Part shown: piece after piece, positions 53,931 to 64,000 of the stretch
How positions within the stretch are numbered: position 1 is the first letter of the stretch
How the letters are laid out: each line of letters starts with the position of its first letter
Assembly: GCA_964016885.1 (NCBI GenBank)
Contig: OZ024752.1
Location: 7,068,001 to 7,132,000 of the forward strand
DNA length: 64,000 nucleotides
Origin: Eledone cirrhosa
Taxonomy: Eukaryota
Reading direction: 5' to 3'
Notes under the pieces: generated by a model
Database searches by the model: none
What the model saw: the letters and a program-made list of their open reading frames with translations, nothing else
What the model was told of the DNA's origin: nothing
Program-made: the position numbers and the translations under genes

Positions 53931-54129
53931 TATAATTATGAAAATAATCCAGAATTTGCAGAGATTTTGTAACATAGCTTTATCATTAAACTGGTGTTTG
54001 GAACATAACTTAAATGTTCCTACATAAAATTATGATGGAAGGTTTTTAGATAAATCTAAATACTTTAGAACAAAGTTGCATTGTAGAACCAGGACAGAAT
54101 CAAACAGTTTAGTATCAGAAGGGTTTTAA
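53931..54129 (+). mobile_element. MITE-B body and right terminus, continuous with the 48-bp array
   Basis: taattatgaaaataatccagaattt..ggtgtttggaacataac..tagtatcagaagggttttaa matches 20420, 21659 and the reverse complement of 2021. Confidence 0.8.
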
Positions 54130-54466
54130 GCATGAAACTCTTGGCCTTCAAGTCACTAATATAGCTTCACAGCTATAATAAAATATATTTTGTTATATAG
54201 CATCCTTTGACATGTTTTGTTTGTTTCTTTAGTTTATTACACATCAATTCTTCACACAAAATGTCTATCTCGCAGCCAAAACATATCCTATTCAAGAGAG
54301 AGAGAAAAGTACTATGGCTGAGGATATCTTGTAACTGACACAAAGACTTATGTGTTGTGGGTTAATTTGTATCCAACATAAAACAGGCAATTTTAGTAAT
54401 AAAGTAAATCTACCATGAAGGTTTTAAACTATTGCTGCAAGTCATACATTAAAAACATGGCAGCAA

Positions 54467-54497
<31 letters not shown>

Positions 54498-54996
54498 AAA
54501 TCAAACAAAAAAAACATCAACAAGGTAAAGTAGGTATTATTTCGAACAAGAAAACAATCTGCCAGGTCAGGTGTTTTAGCAAACAAGATCATGCTAAGAA
54601 TTGCTGCGGCAAACTATAGGTGCGGCATCACACTCACCCGGCCAATTAGAAGAATTGCCTAAACAAGACTGTTTCCAATAACCGATTCCACAAGAGTTTA
54701 TTATGCTTAAATAGCAATCAGTTGGTGCCTGGTGTCCTAAAATACAGGGGTCATATGATGAGTTAAGATACATGTTAAGGTACATGTTAAGATACATGTT
54801 TAATATTTCAACTTTATATTGATAATCTAAAAACAAAAATAATACCACACAAGTAAATGTTTTTATTTTTTATTTTTATAAAAAAATAATCAATACGTAT
54901 TGATTATTTAAACGTTCAATCAAAAAACATCTGACCACAAACTAAATTTATAATAATGAGAAAAACATAAGGAAGAAAACAGGAAGAAATTCTACC

Positions 54997-55885
54997 ACTA
55001 CCATGTCTGATATATCTCACATGTACCACGCGGAGGGGATGGTACACTGCCGTATCTGTTATATCTTGGCTGTACTTCATGGTACACAGCCTTTTCTGGT
55101 ATATCCTGGCCGTACCCCATGGGGAAGATGGTACATTGCCATGTCTGGTATATCTCACATGTACCTCATGGAGGAGATGGTACACTGCCATGTGATATAT
55201 CTCACATGTACCTCATGGAGGAGATGGTACACTGCCATGTGATATATCTCACATGTACCTCATGGAGGAGATGGTACACTGTCATGTCTGATATCTCACA
55301 TGTACCTCATGGAGGAGATGGTACACTGCCATGTCTGGTATATCTCACATGTACCTCATGGAGGAGATGGTACACTGCCATGTGATATATCTCACATGTA
55401 CCTCATGGAGGAGATGGTACACTGTCATGTCTGATATCTCACATGTACCTCATGGAGGAGATGGTACACTGCCATGTCTGGTATATCTCACATGTACCTC
55501 ATGGAGGAGATGGTACACTGCCATGTCTGGTATATCTCACATGTACCTCATGGAGGAGATGGTACACTGCCATGTGATATATCTCACATGTACCTCATGG
55601 AGGAGATGGTACACTGTCATGTCTGATATCTCACATGTACCTCATGGAGGAGATGGTACACTGCCATGTCTGGTATATCTCACATGTACCTCATGGAGGA
55701 GATGGTACACTGCCATGTGATATATCTCACATGTACCTCATGGAGGAGATGGTACACTGTCTTGTCTGGTATATCTCACATGTACCTCATGGAGGAGATG
55801 GTACACTGTCTTGTCTGGTAGATCTCACATGTACCTCATGGTACACTACCTTGTCTGGTATATCTCAATTGTACCCCATGGAAAA
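54997..55885 (+). repeat. 47/49-bp minisatellite (ATGTACCTCATGGAGGAGATGGTACACTGCCATGTCTGGTATATCTCAC)n, ~18 units, diverged edge units
   Basis: Period 47 or 49 in a recurring pattern. Confidence 0.95.
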
Positions 55886-56183
55886 GATGGTAAAAACATT
55901 GTTTTTACTTTTGGCACAAGGCCAGTAATTACCCCCAGTGTATTACTGGTACTTCTTTCACAGACATCATACAATTTCCCCATCACTGAGGGAAAGAGAT
56001 AGGCAGAGAGAGAGAAAGAGAGGAAATCTAACTGGCTTAGTAGATTTCCTAATATAATCAGAGTCAACAGCCAGCCACCCCAGGGGTTGGATGGTCTCAC
56101 CAACCCACAACTGACAGAGTGTGGTGAATATGGCTACACTCCTGACATGACCCAAACCAAACGAAACAGTGACTGTCAACCTA

Positions 56184-56330
56184 TGGAGGTGTTCCCCCAG
56201 GAGTGGAAAAGCCCTGGATTGGATGTAAGTCAGTCAGGGAGGTGTTCCACCAGGAGTGAGAAAGCCCTGGATTAGATGTAAGTCAATCAGGGAGGGGTTC
56301 CCCCAGGGGTAAGAAAGCCCTGGATTGGAT
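56184..56330 (+). repeat. ~53-bp triplication (GGAGGTGTTCC..AAAGCCCTGGATTRGATGTAAGTCA)
   Basis: Direct. Confidence 0.85.
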
Positions 56331-57097
56331 CATTATAGAGTTCAACAACAAAGTACAGAAAATATTTACATTGTTAGTAATGATACAATGATATTAAGAT
56401 AATCTTATATACTTTAACTGGTTCCTGTCATTAGACTGCAGACATACCTGGGTATTACCTTAAAACTTTTAGTCAATCTAGACTACAGGCATACCTGGAC
56501 ACTACCTTGAAACTTTTAATTAATTATCTAGGCTGCAGTACTTATTTTATTTTATTTCAATTCTGGAACATATTTCATCAATCTTTTCTTTTGTTGAACT
56601 TCTAAACTAGGAGTCAGATAAAAAAAAACAGACATAGACATGGACAGCCCATCACACACACACATGTATGCGGGGGAGGGGCTTCCACACAAACTCAATC
56701 TACCAAATTTCACTCACAAGACATTAGTCATCTCAAAGGCTAAAGTAGAAAATACGTTGTCTTGAAATATTATCTAATATGTATATATGTATAGAGGTTG
56801 TACCTGGCAAAGAGTTGATTAACTTAACAACCAAGGTAAGTCATTAAGTACCAACATATTGATCCTTTATTACAGAGAAATACAAAGTCCATAGATCTGA
56901 AAACAGATCAGTCAGACATTGTTAAACTACAAAACAGTAAAGACATCCTGTTCTAGGGACATTACATTTCAGTACACTCAATACATGCATGCATTTATAT
57001 ATATATATAGAGAGAGATAATAACCACAAATATGTCAACAGATTTCTACACCCACCCCAACATACACACACACACACACGTGTGTATGTGTGGGTGG

Positions 57098-57142
<45 letters not shown>

Positions 57143-57889
57143 ATACACATGTGGACAACAGCTGTTGAAAGATTTAAAATAACCTTGAAGTCAATTACCC
57201 AACACCTTGACATTAAAAACACTATGAATATAAAATGTGTGTGTATGTGTGTGTGTGTTTGTTTATGTATAAAAACCACTCAGTACACACTGTAAAATGG
57301 TTGTTTCAGTGACATGATAAAAAGTACCACTGTAAATGTGGTTAGTGTTAGGAAGGACATCCGGCCATAGAAGCAAAGCCAAAAATAATTCTGTATGAGC
57401 CAGACGTCCCACAATGAGACAACTCGTCTGACTCATGCTGGTGTGGGAAAATGGACATTAAATAGTGACAAAGGTATGTGTGGGTATCCAGACAAGGGGA
57501 TACGTAGGCAGTTTCTCTGTGTTGCATCAGGAAGGGACTAAAAAGGTTGGTGCCAAGAGGGGCAGCTGGCTATGTAAAACAATGCGTCAAAAAGTCCCGT
57601 CCATCTTATGAACTCAGAACATAAAGAGACATAACTATACGCCACAAAGTATGTTGTTCGACACTCTACCGATTAATGGCATTCCACTGTCCTGGAAAGA
57701 ATTCATAATAGAAGACCAAGAAAGCTGACCTCAAGAAACTACAGTTGACAAAGGAGAAGAAAATGGAAAGAAACAAGTTGAGAGATGCTGGTCCAGAGGA
57801 GACTTGGTTAACCCATGCTAGCAAGGAAAAATAGCTATAGAAATGATTGTATATACCGCTGTTATTTTTAACAGTAATTGTCTAGCAAT

Positions 57890-58235
57890 AGGTTGCACAG
57901 ATTCCCTTGATTCTCTGTCACCATCCAATTCTATGGTTTATCATATTTGGCAGTCAGAGAGATTGCAGTTTATGTCTTCACAAACCAGCATGATATAGGT
58001 CTTGGTTTGACCTCTTCTGTTAGCCCTTCCTTGTGTAGTCCTCACAAAAGAACTTCACTAATGAGTTCATCTTTAGCTCTCCAGCAATGCCCTACAAATC
58101 TGACTACATTCTTTGATGATGTCTGATACTGGACAAAAGTTCCCATACGGTCACTCATCGGTCAGACAATCTCCAAGTGATATTCAAGCCACTCTTAGCA
58201 TGTGACTGCAGGCTCCATCTACATTTCTTTCCAAG
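57890..58235 (-). mobile_element. Decayed RTE LINE fragment (third lineage)
   Basis: Minus strand NVDGACSHMLRVA..YGNFCPVSDIIKE..FVGHCWRAKDELISEVLL..GRANRRGQTKTYI. Confidence 0.75.
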
Positions 58236-58846
58236 ATTATCTATATATAACCACGTATATTCTTCAGTCAGGAAGATGTTAGGTTACGTTTACGGAGGAG
58301 AGAAAAAAACTATTTTGAGCACAGGAAGTTTGGCTTCTGAAAGGTGATATTCTACATACATGTAAACATGTCATGTACATATACATACACACATACTCAC
58401 AGATACATACATAAACACACACACACAAATACATACATTAACACACACACACACACACACACACGTACATAAACACACACACAAATGTGTGTGGAGGTGT
58501 GCGTGTGTACACTCACCTCCAAACACACAGCTCCACACACACACACACCAACAGACTATTTTCAACTCTCCATTTATTCTCTCCTCTCATCTTCTCCAAT
58601 CCACCCAAATCTCTGCCCCCCCCCCCCCCCTCATCTTCCCCAATCCACCCAAATCTCTGACCCCCTCCCCCTCTCATATATCCTAATCCACCCAAATCTC
58701 TGACACCCTCCCCCTCCTTTCATCTTCTGACACAGTTTAGCAATATTGAAAATAGTAAAATTCAGCAAAACTGAAGTCAAGAATCTCTTAATAAATATGG
58801 ACTGTGTGGGTCTTAGGGGTAACATTACTTGATGTGTTGGTAATCA

Positions 58847-59176
58847 TCATCATCATCATTTTACGTCCGCCTCTCCCTGCTTGCAAGGGTGGGACGGGAA
58901 CTGATTCTGGCTTGATTTCTACAGCTGGATGCCCTTCCTAATACCAACCTCATTTACAGTGAGTGCTGGGTACTTTTTTGCTGTGACACCTCCACGACCA
59001 CTTTACAGTGGAATGATAGGGACCCCAGTCCTATCATCTCATTTCTACAGCTGAGTAAACTGGAGCAATGTGAAATAAAGTGTCTTGCTCAAGGAAACAC
59101 CACACCCGGTCTGAGAATTGAACTCCCAACCTTTCGATTGCACGGCCAATGCTCTAACCACTAAGCCAGTGCATTC
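58847..59176 (-). mobile_element. Full-length tRNA-CORE SINE with RTE tail, possible 8-bp TSD GGTAATCA
   Basis: A/B boxes, CORE-like block, (ATG)n tail. GGTAATCA at 58839-58846 and 59177-59184. Confidence 0.9.
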
Positions 59177-59665
59177 GGTAATCAGAAAAAGGGAGGTAGG
59201 TGTAAAAGCCAAACTCGCTATCTTCAATTCAGTATCATTGCCAACCCTTTCCTATGGTCATGAATGTTGGGTAATGACCGAAAGAATATGATTGTGAATA
59301 CAAGCAGCTGAAATGGGGTTCCTCCAAAGGGTCTTCGGAGTTACTAGACGGAATGTGTAGCTCGGAGATGAGAGAGTCACTCCAGGTAGAGCTGCTACTT
59401 CTCTTAATTTAAAGATTTTACAGACATGTGGTTAGAATGTCTCAGAAAAGAATCACTGGACTGATTTTATGGGCCAAACCAACAGGCAGGAGGCCCAGAG
59501 GTAGACACTGAGTAAGATGGTTGGATAACATCCATGAGTTTGTTTAGTCTCTCGCTTGGGGATCTAGCTGGATCAATTGAAAGCAATTGCTTCTGACATG
59601 ACCCACTGGAGAAGTGTTTGAGGACTCCACGACCCTTTGACGACAAAGACGAAGAAGATGAAGAC
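59177..59665 (+). mobile_element. Rex3/Expander-like RTE 3' fragment
   Basis: VIRKREVGVKAKLAIFNSVSLPTLSYGHECWVMTERI..IQAAEMGFLQRV..HVVRMSQKR..WAKPTGRRPRGR..RWLDNI, with a GAAGA tail. Confidence 0.88.
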
Positions 59666-59683
59666 TATACAGTATATGAGCCC

Positions 59684-59909
59684 TTAAACCTTTAGCATTT
59701 AAATTGTATCTGGCAAGAATTCTCTCACCTCTTTCTGTTCAAACCAGCTATAACCGGCTACTCATACTTATGTTAAGGCATTGCTCTCAAAATAAATAAT
59801 ATCAAAATCTCATTGATTTGATATTATGAGAGATAATTATTTGAGATAAAGCCTGTACCACAAAAATACAATAATAAATATAGAGTAATGTAAATGGCAA
59901 AAGGGTTAA
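59684..59909 (+). mobile_element. piggyBac-like MITE family A
   Basis: TTAAACCTTTAGCATTTAAA ... TAAATGGCAAAAGGGTTAA. Collinear with 4138-4366. Confidence 0.85.
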
Positions 59910-59997
59910 TCAAGCTATATTCATTACTGTTTGAAGTTTAAAATTAATTTAAATATTCTTACATAAAATTATGATGGAAGGATTTTGGAGGGATATT

Positions 59998-60332
59998 CAA
60001 AAAGTGCCCAGTCCACACTAAAGAGGTTGTGTTGGTGACAACAAAAAGTGCCCAGTCCACATTGTAAAGAGGTCGTGTTGGTGACACGACAAAAAGCACC
60101 CAGTCCACCCTGTAAAGTAGTCATTTTGGTATGACGACAAAAAGTGCCCAGTCCACACTGTAAAGTGGTTTGCATTAGGAAGGGCATCCAGTCATAGAAA
60201 CCAAGCCAGAAAAAGTTCTGAATGAGCAAGACACGGTCGCCTGATCTGACCTGGCATTGCCCACAACAGGACAACCCATCTAACCCATGCTAGCATGGAA
60301 AAAAATGGACATTAAACAGTGATGATGATGAT
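59998..60332 (+). mobile_element. RTE 3' UTR/tail with ~4 internal repeats, inserted in a MITE-B remnant
   Basis: aaaaagtgcccagtccacac x4, taacccatgctagcatggaa..gatgatgatgat. Confidence 0.85.
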
Positions 60333-60879
60333 AAACACTTTAAAATAATTTTGTATAATAAAGTCGACGGCAATTTCAGGTAGTTTTGTATTAAAAGGGT
60401 TAAAGTTAGTTAGAAGCAATAATTATAACAATCATCCTTATTATTGTATATGAAGTGTATGAAGCCAAGTTAAAGTCATTCTCCATCTTCACTGACAAAT
60501 TCTTTACATCAACCCAAACCTGTATTAAAAGCTCTAGTGTTAAAATCATTGATAAATTTAATAATACCATTTCCCCCAAGCATTCTCCAACTTTGTAGAG
60601 ATTGCTGTTTAAAAAGAAAACAAAATCAATAACCACTTTCCTATTAATTTGAGAGAGTCAAAGAGATCCTGGAATAAGTAGCAGATTAAGTAGAATTACT
60701 AGAAAATATCAATTTTAATGTCTTCTGGATTGACCAATGGTAAAGAATAAGCATAAGAATGGTCTCTTAAAAGTTACATCTAATATATAATGTCTATCTC
60801 TTCAGCATGATAGCATTGCTCCAAGAAAAGCAGAAGAGACCAGTAATAAAATAATTCATTGTATTGTGTCTGAAAGTGT

Positions 60880-61170
60880 AAAGTCTGTCTGGAGACCAGA
60901 GGCTCATCGGACTGGTGCTTATCCCAGTTTCCAAGGTGACTGAGTACAAGAATCCTCCCTGGACAGAAGGCCAGTCCATCACAGGGTTAAATCCCCAAGC
61001 TATTACTGGTACTCATTTTCAGTTGAGTATACTGGAGCAACGTGAAATGAAGTGTTTTGCTCAGGAACATTATCATCATCATCGTTTAATGTCCATCTTC
61101 CACATTAGCATGGGTTGGACAACAACAGACAACCCAGGTATCGAACCCATGATGTTATGATCGTAAGTGT
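60880..61170 (-). mobile_element. CORE SINE with alternative tail, interrupted by an RTE-tail fragment
   Basis: Collinear with 31300-31500. Confidence 0.75.
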
Positions 61171-61728
61171 ATACAGATTTAGATATATGTATATGTGCAC
61201 CAATTTTCAAAAGACCCAGCTTTCTTTTCTAATTTAATCCACTGAAATTCAATTGTTCGGCTGTATTTTGTACTATCATCATTCTACGACCATTTTTCAA
61301 TGTTGGCATTTATTAGACTAGACTGGTTGATGGACCATGCTTGGAACATTTTTGGCATGGTTGGTTTCTATGACTGGCTGGCCATGTTAACACCAACCAC
61401 TTTACAGACTATACTGGGTGCATTTTATCATGACACCAGCATTACCACTTTATAGTACACTAGGTACATTTTATCATGGTAATGGAACTAATGAGGTTAT
61501 GTCCCTCAGAAGACTAAAGAGTTCTCTTTACTATATATAGTTACTGTACTAATATCAACCACTTTACAGTGTAGCGAATGTGTTTCAGAATGGCACCAGC
61601 CCTAGGGTCTACCCTGTCCTCTGCAAGGCTAAGGAGTCCTCTCTACTCATAGGAGTTCCTTCAAGGTAAACACGATTAAGGGTGAAAATAGAAGAGAAAC
61701 TGTGACTTATGGGGAACGTGATGACCCC

Positions 61729-62110
61729 CTCACAACTATACACCACTGCCTCACAACAATACACCACTGCCTCACAACTATACACCACTGCCTCAACTAT
61801 ACACCACTGCCTCAACTATACACCACTGCCTCAACTATACACCACTGCCTCACAACTATACACCACTGCCTCACAACTATACACCACTGCCTCACAACTA
61901 TACACCACTGCCTCACAACTATACACCACTGCCTCACAACTATACACCACTGCCTCACAACTATACACCACTGCCTCACAACTATACACCACTGTCTCAC
62001 AACTATACACCACTGCCTCACAACTATACACGACTGCCTCACAACAATACACGACTGCCTCACAACAATACACCACTGCCTCACAACTATACACCACTGC
62101 CTATACACCA
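61729..62110 (+). repeat. 21-bp minisatellite (CACAACTATACACCACTGCCT)n, ~18 units
   Basis: Period 21 or 19. Confidence 0.95.
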
Positions 62111-62149
62111 CGATTTTTGTAAACTATTAATTTGAGATCATCCTGACGG

Positions 62150-64000
62150 TTGGGCATATCCCTATTTCATGTGATATACACAATATACTATAGTAGGTCA
62201 TATCCCTATTTCATGTGATATACACAATATACTATAGTAGGTCATATCCCTATTTCATGTGATATACACAATATACTATAGTTGGACATTACTATTTCAT
62301 GTGATATACACAATATACTATAGTTGGACATTACTATTTCATGTGATATACACAATATACTATAGTTGGACATTACTATTTCATGTGATATACACAATAT
62401 ACTATAGTTGGACATTACTATTTCATGTGATATACACAATATACTATAGTTGGACATTACTATTTCATGTGATATACACAATATACTATAGTTGGACATT
62501 ACTATTTCATGTGATATACACAATATACTATAGTTGGACATTAGTATTTCATGTGATATACACAATATACTATAGTTGGACATTACTATTTCATGTGATA
62601 TACACAATATACTATAGTTGGACATTACTATTTCATGTGATATACACAATATACTATAGTTGGACATTACTATTTCATGTGATATACACAATATACTATA
62701 GTTGGACATTACTATTTCATGTGATATACACAATATACTATAGTTGGACATTACTATTTCATGTGATATACACAATATACTATAGTTGGACATTACTATT
62801 TCATGTGATATACACAATATACCATAGTTGGACATATCCCTATTTCATGTGATATACACAATATACTATAGTAGGACATTACTATTTCATGTGATATACA
62901 CAATATACTATAGTTGGACATTACTATTTCATGTGATATACACAATATACCATAGTAAGTCATATCCCTATTTCATGTGATATACACAATATACCATAGT
63001 TGGACATTACTATTTCATGTGATATACACAATATACTATAGTTGGACATTACTATTTCATGTGATATACACAATATACTATAGTTGGACATTACTATTTC
63101 ATGTGATATACACAATATACTATAGTTGGGTATATTACTATTTCATGTGATATATACAATATACTATAGTTGGACATTACTATTTCATATGATATACACA
63201 ATATACTATAGTTGGGTATATTACTATTTCACGTGATATACACAATATACTATAGTAGGACATTACTATTTCATGTGATATACACAATATACTATAGTAG
63301 GTCATATCCCTATTTCATGTGATATACACAATATACCATAGTTGGACATTACTATTTCATGTGATATACACAATATACTATAGTTGGACATTACTATTTC
63401 ATATGATATACACAATATACTATAGTTGGGTATATTACTATTTCACGTGATATACACAATATACTATAGTAGGACATTACTATTTCATGTGATATACACA
63501 ATATACTATAGTAGGTCATATCCCTATTTCATGTGATATACACAATATACTATAGTTGGACATTACTATTTCATGTGATATACACAATATACCATAGTTG
63601 GACATTACTATTTCATGTGATATACACAATATACTATAGTTGGACATTACTATTTCATATGATATACACAATATACTATAGTTGGACATTACTATTTCAT
63701 ATGATATACACAATATACTATAGTAGGACATTACTATTTCATATGATATACACAATATACTATAGTAGGTCATATCACTATTTCATGTGATATACACAAT
63801 ATACCATAGTTGGACATTACTATTTCATGTGATATACACAATATACTATAGTAGGTCATATCCCTATTTCATGTGATATACACAATATACCATAGTTGGA
63901 CATTACTATTTCATGTGATATACACAATATACTATAGTTGGGTATATTACTATTTCACGTGATATACACAATATACTATAGTAGGACATTACTATTTCAT
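62150..64000 (+). repeat. 42-bp minisatellite (GGACATTACTATTTCATGTGATATACACAATATACTATAGTT)n, ~44 units, runs off window end
   Basis: Period 42. Confidence 0.97.

Noticed and set aside
51276-53972. 898-aa ORF
   Set aside because: A stop-free frame of a 48-bp satellite. The same repeat is frameshifted at 1-1305 and the monomer is a MITE end.
54540-54740. Possible promoter (CCAAT, relatively GC-rich unique island)
   Set aside because: Short motifs are expected by chance and there is no linked exon.

Overview
AT-rich eukaryotic non-coding DNA, dense in repeats. It is most likely from an octopus or other coleoid cephalopod, which I infer from the tRNA/CORE-type SINEs, RTE LINEs and very dense micro/minisatellites. 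No intact host protein-coding gene is visible. Almost every entry in the ORF track is a tandem-repeat artefact; the only real protein homology is to RTE-clade reverse transcriptase fragments. Main contents: (i) about 20 minisatellite arrays (20-70 bp units), many of them amplified pieces of the transposon they sit in (a TTAA/CCC piggyBac-like MITE end, an RTE 3' UTR repeat, a SINE B-box, an RTE ORF end); (ii) a young RTE LINE fragment with a PHD-like Cys/His insert in its RT region, plus SINEs sharing its 3' tail; (iii) two TTAA-flanked MITE families; (iv) a minimal type-I hammerhead-ribozyme-like motif inside a 36-bp inverted repeat; (v) a 209-bp near-perfect palindrome; (vi) candidate minus-strand small exons, one with a recursive-splice-like AG|GTGAGT junction. 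Coordinates and copy numbers were read by eye and are approximate at array edges.
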